From Sphaerodactylus townsendi (lineage: Eukaryota), in the NCBI RefSeq assembly GCF_021028975.2, contig NC_059437.1, forward strand, positions 37,448,001-37,512,000: a DNA stretch of 64,000 nucleotides, written 5' to 3'. The notes under the pieces are model-generated. The model was not told the DNA's origin. It saw only the letters and a list, made by a program, of their open reading frames with translations, and searched no databases. Made by a program: the position numbers and the translations under genes. This document shows positions 22,391-35,700 of the stretch, piece by piece (the stretch's first letter is position 1; each line of letters opens with the position of its first letter).

Positions 22391-23414
22391 GTAAGCAACA
22401 GGAAGAGACACAGCGAAATGTTGATCAAAATTTCAGTTAGGAAGCCAGATGACCACTATGAGGTTCTTAGTCTTCTGATTAAACCGGAGAAATGTTGCTG
22501 CAACAGGACTTTCCCTAAGAAGCAAAAGCTGAGCCTGCAAAACAGGAAGGACTTTGGCTGGGTGAGAAGGAAACAGAGAGTCAAAGTACAGGAAACCCAA
22601 TCTCCTGGTGCTACATAGACAATCTATTATATCTACATCCAATTACACAGTAACTGACTTATTGCATTCAGGCATATTGGAGGCTGGCAAAAAATGCTCT
22701 TCCTGCCCCCTCCCATTTTTGTAGGGTTCCTGAGCTTTTTAACAGCAGTATGATTATAATGTTCAGTTCTTGCCATGAAAACCCTGTGGGGTTGCCATAA
22801 GTCTCCTGAAACTTGATAGCACTTTTCAGTACCATATAATAAATAACAGTTCATCTTTCTCATTGAAACTTATGGTGGATGACACAGTGTAATTCTGTGC
22901 AATCAATACAAGACATCTGATAGGTTAAGCAATAGAACCAGGACTGCAGAAATCTGAAATCAGTGCATATGTATTAAACATAAGGTGTTAAAAAAGCCAA
23001 AAACTGGAACTGTATAAGTAGATAACAGTGGAGTGAAAGCAAGATACTGTGTGGTGTATAGTCCCATTCCTTCATTAAATCACCTTTTTGAACCACTGCA
23101 TCATAATATAGACCTATTTAATTACCTTTATTAAAATGCCCTGTATTGACATTCAATAAGGGAATTTTTTCCAGAACATTTGAGCTGGGCATGTCAAATA
23201 TTGAGAAATTCAGCACTGACTTTTCAACAATCCTAGAAGGATTGCATTCTACAGAGAAGGGTAAATGACCTATAGGTGCCATAATGTCTGGGCCAAAAAA
23301 AGGGGGCTGGTGGATCTACAGTAGCTGAGTAAAAGGTAGATCATGGCTCATTAGCAATTTGCTAATAATCAGTGGATCATCTAGTATCCGGTGACTGGGA
23401 TTCTTGTATGCTGC

Positions 23415-24905
23415 AGTACGGCTTTGAAGGTTTTTGAGGCTAGGATTGGCTCCTTGCTACTGTACGGTTCCCCCATTTGGATTTCGGCAATAAATAAATC
23501 ATTTAATTTATTACATTCCAAATTCCTTTGGAAACTAATGGGGCTCCCTAGATGTGTGCCTTATGCTGCGTTGTGCATTGAGATGGGCCAAACAACTCTA
23601 GAAACCTTGGCATGGATAAGGGCCATGTAAAATATTGGCTGCATATATACATTTTTCTAGTATGCTATCCAATAGCTATATTCCCTCTCTGTTATCAGGA
23701 TCAACTTTATTTCCAGAGATGGTATATACTTTGATCTTTGTAGGAAAGGTTGAAGCTATTGGTTTCCCCCTGGAATCCCTCCTTATGCCTCACAAAGGTG
23801 GAAGCCTTCCAGACTAGTTAAGAATAGGCTCTTGGATCCTTGATTTTCATAGAATTTGACTCGTGCTGCCAAAGACAAGCCTGTTCTCCGACTACATTAT
23901 TAATCCCATGCAAGCGTGGAATTATGGCAGCATATCTTCGATCTGCTGATAAATCCCACTCCAGAGGAGAGCCTGGCTACTGCAAGATGTAATGTGCTGC
24001 CATCAGCTCTTGCTGGAGGGAAGATTTAAGAATATGGAACGCTCTAAAAAGAGAGTTTGTCTCATGCGTGATAGACTACGGTTGAAACACTTTGACCATT
24101 CTTTGGTTTCTATGCCCTAAATACAATAAGATACGCATGAAATACCATGAATCTCCATTTTTTCTTGAAATGTTCTCCAGTGGCAATGAGTGCAAGTTAT
24201 AAGATACCCAATCTCCTGAACAGCTCTGATGTGCTCTTTTGTGAAAACGTTGCAAATTTTATACTGGAAATTAGTAATTTTAAGAACATAAGAACATAAG
24301 AACAAGCCAGCTGGATCAGACCAGAGTCCATCTAGTCCAGCTCTCTGCTACTCGCAGTGGCCCACCAGGTGCCTTTGGGAGTTCACATGTAGGATGTGAA
24401 AGCAATGGCCTTCTGTGGCTGTTGCTCCCGAGCACCTGAACTGTTAAGGCATTTGCAATCTCAGATCAAAGAGGATCAAGATTGGTAGCCATAAATCGAC
24501 TCTTCCTCCATAAATCTGTCCAAGCCCCCTTTTAAAGCTAATTAAGTGAACATAAGAACATAAGAACAAGCCAGCTGACTGCACCAGAAAGAGTCCATCT
24601 AGTCCAGCCTTCTGCTACTCTCGGTGGCCCACCAGGTGCCTTTTGAGTTCACATATGTAGGATGTGGAAAAAAGTAATGATTTCTGTATTGCTGGGTTCT
24701 GTTAATCTGAACTGTTAAGGCATTTGCAATCTCAGATCAAAGAGGATCAAGATTGGTAGCCATAAATCGACTTCTCCTCCATAAATCTGTCCAAGCCCCT
24801 TTTAAAGCTAATTTTAGCAATTTTAACTGTATTTCTTAACCTTGTTTTGTTTTAAAACTTTGTCCCGTTTTATATGCCAATAAAGGCTTGTGTTGTGTTG
24901 TGTGT
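23415..24905 (+). mobile_element. Decayed non-LTR retrotransposon 3' portion (RTEX-like; clade uncertain) with nested CR1 tail
   Basis: KVFEARIGSLLLYGSPIW...HSKFLWKLMGLPRCVPYAALCIEMG, then ARCNVLPSA..EGRF and a C..C...H....C knuckle remnant. Ends aataaaggc(ttgtg)n. Confidence 0.7.
24282..24812 (-). mobile_element. Two tandem CR1 3' ends (~265 bp each)
   Basis: (aagaacat)n tail then ctggatcagaccagagtccatctagtccag...aagccccttttaaagcta, occurring twice. Confidence 0.85.
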
Positions 24906-25354
24906 ATGCTGCAGTAGAATCTTAAATATGATCCAGCAAGAGATTTCCTGCATTCTGAAGCAAAAATAAGTGCTCAAGTCTGCTTAAATCAATTAGTACA
25001 ACATCCCAAGCTTCAAGTCTCACTTTCTAAATTGAAAACACATCAGTAAACAGTGGTGATAGTTTTTATAAAAAATAGACATAGACCACACCAAAGTCAG
25101 CCCTAGAGGGTCCAGACAGCAAAAAAATCTGCTTGCTTATAACCTCTCTGTACAATAGAAGTTAACATACAACAACCCTTGAATCTTCCTTTGTCATGAT
25201 CTCTGTACCTACATGTTTTAAATTAAGCTGCTTAGCAAGGCAATTGCTTGTATACTTACATAGTTCATGCTACGCTCACAGAACCTTTTTTCTTACAAGG
25301 AAGCTTGGGTTTGCAGCCCTTAATCATTTGCAGCTCTGACTTGAGTAGCTTCAG

Positions 25355-25545
25355 GATAGCTTGATCGCAACAGATCTCAGAAGCTAAGCACGGATAGCCC
25401 TAGCTAGCATTTGAATGAGAGCACTGGGAGCCCCCAAGGAATACCAAAAAGCAGAAGCAGGCAGTGTCAAAGCACCTTTGAACATTTATTGCCTTGAAAA
25501 TCCTACGGGGGTTGCCATAAGTAATCTGTGACTTGACAGCAAACA
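25355..25545 (+). mobile_element. 5S rRNA-derived SINE (degenerate)
   Basis: Head gatctcagaagctaagca.gg..agccct.g.tag..tttgaatg.gag resembles 5S rRNA. Tail gccttgaaaatcctacggggttgccataagt...gacttgacagca is RTE/Sauria-like. Confidence 0.65.
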
Positions 25546-25749
25546 AAGAAAATCAAACCAGTTTGACCAAGGATTATATTCAGAAAACAAAAGGCGATGC
25601 AGCCCTACCCTCTTGGCAGCTGTAGTCTCTTTCTATTTTAGGAGGATCACCTCTTCCTCTGGGTTATAAACTGGGGAAGGGGCTAAAAGCAGCTTGAGAA
25701 AGCTTTCTCTCAGTTGCTCGGCAAAGGCAGAACGATCCTCTGTTCTTGT

Positions 25750-26770
25750 TTACTTGAGGTCACGTGACACTTTCTCCAGCTGATTTCCCAGCTGCTGAAA
25801 TCAGCTGCTCGAAAGGCATTTGCTTCAAGAGAAAAAGGCTGGGCTGGAGTTTTAAAAGGAAGTCAAGCCGCATTAATGGGCAAACTTTAAAATGCCAAGG
25901 AGTCATCTTAAATAATCTACTAGCCATTGGCTCCCTTTCTTCATGGATTAGTAGAAAACGCATCAGTGTTTCTTCACTGACTTATACAAGGAGTAGTAAG
26001 AACAAAATAGGTTTGGTAGATATTCATCCCTACACACTCCCACAGCTCAGCAGATTTACTCCCAAATAAAGGTGTCCAGTTTTGCCACATCCACTTTAAA
26101 TTTGGCAGTGGCTAAAAGGTTAATACTTACTACTATCATATTTTTCAAAGATGCAAAAAAAATTCCCCCAAGAACCTGCAAATTGCAGTAATAATAGGGG
26201 AAACTCTGAAACTGCACGACACGTGCATGTTTACAAACAATCTATTATGCCCGCGGAGTTTCTCAATCGGCCTTTCTCTATCCGATTCTTATCCTTTTCT
26301 CTATCGCTACCCATACCATATGGAGGGCTTTCTAGCTCCACGTGTCTATGGTGGTCAGCCGAGCCCCCAGCATGCTTTGCATTCTTCTCCGTCGCGTCGT
26401 AAGGACCGGGTGGAGGCTGTTTAATAGCCATCTAAGTAATGCCTTTAAAAGGGGCACTCATTTTGGTAGATTTTCTCCAGGTTATTTCCCTAGAGAGACA
26501 CGTCAATTAATTATAGAAAATCAGGGATTGTTTTATCTCAGCTTGCGCCTTGATCGGGGCCTCTTAGCTCGATAATTGTGAGGGTTCTGATCAGGCACCT
26601 TGGACACTTCTCTGCGGGGTCCTGAGAACGTGCTCGGGGTGGATCCTGTTGAAGCCACCACGTGGGTGTTGGTAACGAGGAAGGGGAGGAAGAATCTCTT
26701 GCCACGGTAATCATGGGTGGCTTGGAGAAAAAGAAGGTAAGGGGAAAGAGTTTGCACGTGACTGGCCTCA
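25750..26770. promoter_or_regulatory. Divergent TCN2/PES1 promoter region with five CACGTG E-boxes
   Basis: Raised CpG density at 26200-26760. CACGTG at 25761, 26220, 26339, 26659 and 26755. Head-to-head genes. Confidence 0.7.
26713..26736 (+). CDS. PES1: PES1 exon 1 (MGGLEKKK)
   Basis: ATG in atcATGG context, donor AAG|GTAAGG. Confidence 0.95.
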
Positions 26771-29700
26771 TTAACAATATAGAATGTGTATTGTCGAAGG
26801 CTTGAATGGAATGTGCTTTAGTGCTCTAAGGTTCTCAGTATATAGCCCTGTCAGGTAGGATAGTGTCGTTATACCAATTTCCCAGGTGACTTGAGGAGAG
26901 ATTTGTCCAGCACCAGTTCACGAGGCGACATCTGAACTCCTTGTTTGTCGATTTACTTGATATAGTTTAGATCTAGTTTGATATAGTTTGGATCTAGTTT
27001 GACGTTATATAGTGCTGCTGTTATCGTTATTAGCATATTGTTAGGTTTGAAGTGTTAAGTCGCCATCTGTAATTTGATTCTATTTTTAGTTTTTATGTAT
27101 TTTATTAGTAATATCGTTATAATGTATTTTGTTTAATTATGTTGTTAGCTGCCCTGAGCTCTTCGGGGATAGGGCGGGATATAAATTGAAATGAAATGAA
27201 TGGTTGCTCCTGGCTAGAAGAATGGGTAGAGAAACGAATATTACTCAGACTGTTAGTATTGAGTTCCAGTGTGGAATGTTTGTGTCCATAAGGAAACACC
27301 CAGGCGAACAGAACAGGGCAGTGAGGAATGCTTTGTTCTTTCTGTTTGCTTATTTTATTAGCTATGAATTACATTTTTAACATATTGGACTTTCAGGGAG
27401 TGAATGGGCTTTCCCTAATTGTATTTTATTTTCACAACAGCCCTGTGAGGTCAGTAGGGTTGAGATAGACTGACCCAAGGTCACCCAGTGAGTTTTATAG
27501 CAAGTATGGTGTTTGAGCCTGGGTTTCCCTAGCTCTATTAACTGTGCTGCTCTTTCTCTATGAAACAGTTGATGCTTATTTTCCCATACATAAATCAATA
27601 TCTAACTGGGAAGGGGAAGAGGGAGATCACAAAGGATACTTCTGCAATTAGGCAGGAAAATGGCAACGTATACCCTGTAATTTCTTTTGCGTTAATATGC
27701 CAGTAGGTCACCATAAAAGACTTTGAGATAATTTTAATTTAAAAAAAATCATAATCTGAAATTCTGTTAAAAACTAGTGACTGACAACTGATGTCATTGT
27801 TACAGTGCACTGTGTTATGTAGGATTTATAAATGGTGGCTACTTCATGGAGATCTAGCGGTCTGTCTACCAAGGATTGGGATGTTTCCTTTATCCTGTTT
27901 TACTAATTCGGTATTTGATAAATTAATTTTGAGCACCAGAAGGCTAAGGACATGAGGAAGGGGAAATAAATCAGATTTTGGGAAATTTTAATGTGATATG
28001 ATGGTGGAAGCTCTGTATGAGAGAGGGAATAATCAAAGGAGGATTTGCTGTATTGGAAGAAATTGTTGGGGGGGGGGGTCCAGTGGGAACTTGGAAATTA
28101 TTTAAACAGATGAAGGTGTTGTCATGTGGCTGATCAACAGATCTAGTTAATTCAGATATGATATTTGATTTTTGTGTGCCACATGTTCCACATGCCCTGG
28201 GATTCACTGACCCTTTCCCATCTAAAGCTCCTGCTGCCTTCTTTCTGGATATCGACTTCTTTCTATTTTTCTGGGATCCAACCTCCATGAAATAGTGAGG
28301 CTCATGGATCACTGCTAACTAACTTTGGCTTCCATTTGAGGAATCATCAGCTCCTAATGTTTGTCGCTCTCTTGTTCTGTCATCTCTGCCCCGTCCCCTG
28401 TCTCTCCAAACCAGTATGAGCGAGGCTCTGCCACCAACTACATCACAAGAAACAAAGCCCGGAAGAAATTGCAGCTAAGCCTGGCAGATTTCAGGTATGG
28501 GGAAAATGTATTGGATTACTTACCAGGCCCATTAATGGATTGTTTGTGGGGAGGGTTGGCTTTGTATATTTCATGGTAACATGGTGGAGATATGTCTTGT
28601 GTCTCTGTGTGCAGAGAGTGAATTTGCAGCCGTGGTGTCTGATCTCTGTCAGCAGAGGATAGTGTTGGTTAAGGACTGTGAATTTTGTGATCACTGTCCC
28701 TAATTAGTATTTTATATTTTTTCGTAGAGAAAAACATTCACTTAGATGAAAGAAAATAAGGATGCACAGAGAAAGGTTAATCTTGTTTCTTTTTACTCAT
28801 TCAGTGATCCTAATATTTGAAAACCAAGGCACCTGTGTCTTTGTAGTCCTCATTTCCAGTTTAGTCATGAAGTACAAGGAAGTAGCTTCAGTGTGTATGC
28901 AAAGAACAGTCATGTTGCAGGCAACGTACTAAGGACCCATGTGGCTGCATTTTGAGTTTCTAAATCAGCCTCAAGGGCAGTCCTATGTAGAGCAAGTTGC
29001 AGTAGTCCAATCTGGAGTTGACCATTGCATGGATCACTGTAGCTAGATCGGGACAGGACAAATAGGGGGCCAGTAACCTGGCCTGGCAAAGTACAGGCCT
29101 TTTTGACAATTGCTGACTTAGAAATAAATAACTCTGCTTCCTCTTGTTTAAACTTTCTAGTTGCCTGGAATTTGGATGTAAGGGCTAATTGACAAGGTCT
29201 TGTGTTACATCTTTGTTTTTTATAGGCGACTGTGTATCCTAAAAGGGATTTACCCCCATGAGCCCAAGCACAAGAAGAAAGTGAACAAAGGCTCCACAGC
29301 TGCCCGGACTTTTTATCTTCTTAAAGACATCAGATTTCTCTTTCATGAACCAATTGTTAATAAATTCCGGGAATATAAGGTATTGTGATCCAGTAAAGGA
29401 AGTCCAGTGTGCAACACCGTCTTATTACTGATGCATGCGGTAACATCACATCTTGGTGTTTATTAGGCAGACGATATTTATGAATTGTTTGCCTTTGCCT
29501 TCCCTGGTCATCAGCACTTTACCCTGGCATGCTGGGTACTTATTTTACTTACCTTGGAAAGATGGAAGGCTGAGTCAACCTTGAGCTAGCTACCTGAAAT
29601 GGACTTCCATTGGGATTAAACTCAGGTTGTGAGCAGAGCTTTGAGTGCAGTACAGCAGTCAAAGCTCTGTGCCGCAATCATCCAGGAACTGGTAGGAAGC

Positions 29701-32700
29701 AGTAGATTACTGTTTCACTTCATATAGCTGCTTTATGATAACAGGAAAGGGAGGTTCCCATGCCTTCTGAGCATTGCTGTTTTTTTGTAAGTCAGACTGT
29801 ACTGATTAGTCTTCTTGTACCTTAATGGCCATTGTTTGACTGCAGTATCCTGTTTGTGCCTTGTAAGATTCTAATGAATCATATTGTTAGAATATTAGAT
29901 ATATTGACTCTTGCTTGGGCTATTAAGCATTTCTAGTGGTGACTTCAGCCACTGTGTCATGTAAGGTGGGCCAGATCCTTCGCCCTGGAGTGTCAGACTC
30001 CCGCCCAAAATTAAGGAACTGTACATGGTCAGCTATAGTCTTTATTTGGAATACTGAAAATCAGGAACAGCAATAGAAGATTTTGAAAATCACAAGCAAA
30101 GCCTGAACTTAAATTCCCCTGTGCTCCCCTCCCCTCCCCCCCCGACCAAAAGGCACCAACCCCATTCCCACAGAATCAAAGGAAAGTACAAAGGAGAGAA
30201 GGCATTTCATACAGATAAGGGGTTGAGCTAAACCAGACCACAAGACAAACTAGCGGAAATAGGAGATATGCTGACACATGGGTATGAAGAAGCATTCTCC
30301 CCCCCCCCCCCCCCCCCCCCCCGAATGAGAGCCATTCTGACATGGAGTGAAACTTTGGGAATGTTGGTGGGCAGCTGGCTGCAATATGAACTGTGTAGCA
30401 AGAAACTGCAAAATGTGGTCCCTCTATAACTACTGTCTCCCTCTAGGTGTTCGTCCGTAAGTTGCGCAAGGCATACGGCAAGAAGGAATGGAACACTGTG
30501 GAACGACTCAGAGACAACAAGCCCAGCTATAAGTTGGACCAGATTGTCAAGGAGAGGTGAGGGATGCAAGGCACCAAAGAACTTTCTGGAGCAGACTTGT
30601 TGGAATCTAGATTCTACCGTGCAAGTGGGGCAGAAGGCTGGGAACCTTGAGCTTTGTTATTTATTGTGTTAATGTATTAAGTAAAATATTTAAACTGGAT
30701 TGTTCTTCTTGGCTCAAGTCCACCGCATTTGGCTAGCCATGTCAAATTTCTGAACATTTTGAACCCATTGGGAGGGGACACAATCCTCCTCCCCTTTTTT
30801 TGGAAAATATACATGGTACTGAATGTTAAACCTAAACTGTAAAATATCTCCTTTATTATTAGCATATATGGTTGTACAGTTTTCCATATTTATGAAATGT
30901 TTAAATATGTTAGTATTCTGCAAACAAGATTGTGAATATGTCCAATATCGGAGAGGGTGGGGGAGTTCTAGTTGGCTAGAAAGATCGAGAATTACTTGAA
31001 TCTGTAAGAATAACTCGTGCCTTTTGTGGCCAGGAGACTAGCTGAGAAACCTTCTAACTGAATGGAGTTTGTGTGGGTGTGACCTGTGAGCAACTTTGGG
31101 GCATTTAAAAAGGCTGCAAAACTCTTTCTTTCTCATCCCCTGTGGCGGCTGCAGATACCCCACTTTCATTGATGCTGTGCGGGACCTGGACGACGCCCTC
31201 TCCATGTGCTTCCTCTTTTCGACTTTTCCTCGCACTGGCAAGTGTCACGTTCAGATGATCCAGCTTTGCCGCCGACTCACTGTGGAGTTCCTCAACTACA
31301 TCATTGCTGCACGTGCTCTCCGCAAGGTCAGTAAGTGGAGTAGTGTCCTGAAGCTGCAGCTTATTTTTGGTTTATTAATGTTCCCAGAAGATGACATAAC
31401 AGAAGAAAGGTAGCTGATGATCTCTTACCTGTAAATATTGTTAAGGTCTGTGTGAGCAGCTCCTCGGACCTCTCAGTTGACCTTACTAAGATCTTTCTCT
31501 GTGTTTTCTTGCCAGGTGTTCCTGTCCATCAAAGGCATCTACTACCAGGCTGAAGTGATGGGGCAGCTTGTCACCTGGATAACACCTTATGCCTTTGCCC
31601 ACGATGTGAGTAGTAGCTATCTTACCACCTTCTGCAAGGGCAAGATTTTCTGCAGCATTTCTTCTTTAAAAATGAAGTTCTAATCTTGATCCCATTGTTT
31701 GTGAGAATGTAATGAAATTTCTGTTACACATTATAGATACAAGCTGAGATGGATACTCTTTTAAATGGTTAGCAATATTATATTAATGTTGCTAGCAATA
31801 CTATATGATTGTTATTAATATTTTACATTTGCCAATTGAGCTTTTTATCTGAAGAAATCTGTTTCAGCTTATTGTATATTTTATAAGTATTATGGTGTCA
31901 TCCTGTATATGCCAATACTTAATTTTAAAAATGAAGTCAACCAAGAAAGGCTGTTGGGTTAAGGGCATGGCTGAGTCACAGTGCTACAGCTTATTCAGCT
32001 GGAAGTATTGCATTGACTGCGGAGACCTAGGAAGCAAGTCGTATGTTGATTTATTACATGAATGTACTGATACAAGATTCATCGTAGTGTTGAAGTGACT
32101 AAAAAGGAAATACACAACCTACAGGTTTTGAATGAATTGTTGAATGAATTGAAACGATTAGATGGATTAGTAATTGCTTGACTAACTGAACCCAAAGGGT
32201 GCTCACCAATGGCTCATCTTCATCCTGGAGAGAAGTGACTAGTGGGGTGCCACAGAATTCTGTCCCAGTGCTATTCAGTATTTTTATCAGTGATGGAATA
32301 GAGGGCATGCTAGTCAGAAGGCATCAAATAAGGTGGGGTAACTAATACCCCAGAGGACAGTGTCAGAATTCTAAAATGTGGCATTTCAATTGGGATTCAT
32401 AAAATCCTCTGGATACAATCCAATCAAAGGGGGATGCAGTAGAAACTGTTTGGCTTCAATGGGAGAGCTCCCCAAACATATAGGGCTTTAAAGTGCCTAA
32501 CTTAGGCTGCACTACAGTTATACTTTGCAGTAGAGTAGGGCAATAAGTCGGACAATCGATCTGATTTAACCCTGGTGTGACACTTGGGTGTGTAGAAAAC
32601 ATGGGATAGCTTTGGAAGCAGACCAAGGACAAATGGCCAGTCCAAGCCTTGAGAGAAGTATGCAGAAGGCATTTTAGTTGTACCCAGCATGACAGATTTG

Positions 32701-35700
32701 TCTTTATTGGTAACTTGGGAGAACAGAATGTTTTTTGATTGCTCGCACTCCTGCAGACATGCTGGATCTCAGCAGTGTTGTGGGAAATAGCCAAATCTGC
32801 TGTCTTGTTTTGGACAAAGTCCTCTTGCTGTTGCAGTCCTGGATGCTCTGTGTGTTTTTTCCTTGGTGTCTTCCTGTCTCTTACTTTGACCATCGTTAAC
32901 AACCTGAAACAAGGTGAAAGTAATTTTAGGTAACAATCATCCAGGCAATTCAACTCTATTCTGGCAATGATTACGGAGACGATATATTGTCGAAGCTTTC
33001 ATGGCCATATTCAACTGGTTGTAATGGGTTTTCCGGGCTGTGTGGCCGTGGTCTGGTGGATCTTGTTTCTAATGTTTCGCCTTTATCTGTGGCTGGCATC
33101 TTCAGAGGTGTATCACAGACATTTCCTTCTCTCTGGACACAGTGTGTAACAGACTTCCCTCTGTGATACACCTCTGAAGATGCCAGCCATAGATGCTGGT
33201 GAAACGTTAGGAACAAGATCCACCAGACCATGGCCACACAGCCCGGAAAGGTCACCACAACCAGATTATGGAGACAGCCTCTTCTGACAGAACTATGGTC
33301 TGGTATTACAGAGAAGAGTCAAATTACCGCCTCTCTCCCGTCCCTGCCAATAAAAAAATCCTGGGTACCTCGTGTTCTTTCATTTTCCTGTCCTTAAGGC
33401 AGTTCCATTGTTCAGGCGGAAACTAATTGCAGCTACTGCAGTTAACTTCTAGCCAAGTAACTCATTAATTCCTTGGACATGTCCTGGCAGGCATCCAGGC
33501 TGCCTGAAGGGAAGAAGAAGCAGCGAGTGGCACATACAAAACATTGGCAAAGGTGCAACGCTAGATGATGCTGTTACAAGTGCAGTGTTAACACGCCTTT
33601 GTGATTAGGAGATTTCAAGCTGTATCCTTGAGGGGAACATTACTAATTCTAAAAAGCAGAGGTATCAGCAAACCATCTGCTTGGACTGTAGAGGTCTGTC
33701 ATGCTAACTTAAGCACAGATAGCTATTTTCCATGGATAGTAGCCAAGTTTAAACACGAGGCTGTTCCTGTGCAAAGTCACAAGGGTGAGTTCTCTTGCCT
33801 TGCTGGCATGGTGCTTAAACTGGCCCTGAGGTTTACTGTTTCAATGGAAAAAAGGAATTAGATGTCAACTGTTTTAAACAAAACTCCCCCAAGGAAGATT
33901 CTTGAAATATGTTCTTAGTGTTGCTTTATCATTCTTCAAAGAACAGAATTATCCATTCAAGTTTTACCTGCAGCTCTTGGCTTTGCTTTTAGCTTTCTGG
34001 AAGCGGAATGGGGAAGAGTTGGTTGGATGTCCAGTGCCCTTTGTGACTGTGTGTGCTGTGCCTTGTTCTTTCAGTTCCTGGCTGTACCAGTTCAGATTCT
34101 CTTGGGTTGAAAATGATTAACTTCAAAAATTAAAGTGCAAATGACTCAACTAATGATTTTCCCGAGCTCCATTGGTGGAAACAGTTAGCACAGGGTCTGA
34201 GCACAGGTAGTCCATTTAGTTCACTTAATTTCTTTTTTATAAGGTATCTTGGAGCAGTTTACAGTTTGAGTTGTAAACATTAACCTATAAAACCAAGGGT
34301 TGTAACTAGCCACTGGTCTGCATACCAACAGCCAATTAATATTGCCACTGCGTGACTAGGCACATGAACTTTTGTGAACCAGAAGCAAATTGGTGACTAT
34401 TTTTCTCTTGAGCCCAGTGAAAACAAGCGATCTGTTAACTTTTGCAGACTTATTCATAAGGCTGTTTTCTTTTCCATGCCAAGATCTGACAATAAAAACC
34501 TGCAGACTGTGAACAGGGAAAAGACATTAAGTATGGAAGTGAGATTTTTTTCAGCATGCTGACTTACTCCGGTGTCATGTTTTCCAGCATATAGGCCTGT
34601 GGCAAACATAAGCAGAAAACTATTGCTGGGTGTTGTACAACATTTTGCAGGATTAAAACTAAAAGCCTTCAGTAAAGGGTCATCTTCCTTCTCTTGGATT
34701 ACTGGTGCAGCTAAAACTAATTCCAAAACAGTAAAGAATGTGGCATTGGATGCAGAATTCCCTCCCCAAGGCATCTCCTGGAGGGGAGCTGGAGAGTTTC
34801 TAGCTGTTCTGGTTGCACAGACATTCATGAAGGCAATGGGCAGTTCCAACTGAGATCTAAAAACTAATTTTTAGAAGGACTGAATTAGATTGAGGCGGGG
34901 GGATTCGGTACTACCATGCAGCTCCTTGGTGAATAAGACAACCTTTGTAAATGAGGCGATATAGCAAATTTGTTCTGCAGTTTTTGTCCAGCCTTCCTTT
35001 GTACAGAATTTCCATTGCATAGGCATAGAGCTTTGAATATTTTGCCCCAAACTGCACACAGCCCTTATTGCTGAACCCCATTTTCCAGAAAGCCTGAATA
35101 TTCTTTGAGAGCCAATGTGGTTAAAGTATCTGACTAGGATTTGGGAGATCTAGGTTCGAATCCCCATTCTGCCATGGAATCTTTCTGGGCAATCTTGGGC
35201 AGTCACTTACGCTCAGCCTAACCTACGTGACTGAGATAAGATAAAATGGAGGAGAGCAATGTGAACTCCACTGGGGAGAAAAAAGGGATATAAATGATGC
35301 AAAACAAATAATACTTTAAAATAATTCCTTTAGCTGAAGTTTCTGACTGTGTCTTGGCACTAATATAGTATTTTCAGATGTACAGAATTATCTTTATATT
35401 CTTCTATTGGAACAAATGCTGTCATTTAGGAGAAGTTGGATTTTGGATGGTTTACTATTAATCCATAAGAAGAATTCTGTTAAGGCTAAAGCAGTGATTT
35501 CCAACCTGGGGTACATGTACCCTTGGGGGTACCCCCCCCCCCGAGGGTTTGGGGGCACAATTTTAGGGGAATGGGTTGCCAAGAGTACACGAGTGAAATA
35601 ATGTTGGGAACCACCGTTTTACAGTATTCAGTTTCCAGTAGTGCTCAAAAAGATGCTTCTTGGTGGTGCCCTTTCCCTGTTTATCTTCAGTATCGGATAT

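Noticed and set aside
25355-25440. 5S rRNA gene
   Set aside because: Heavily diverged and fused to a retroposon tail, so it is a SINE head.
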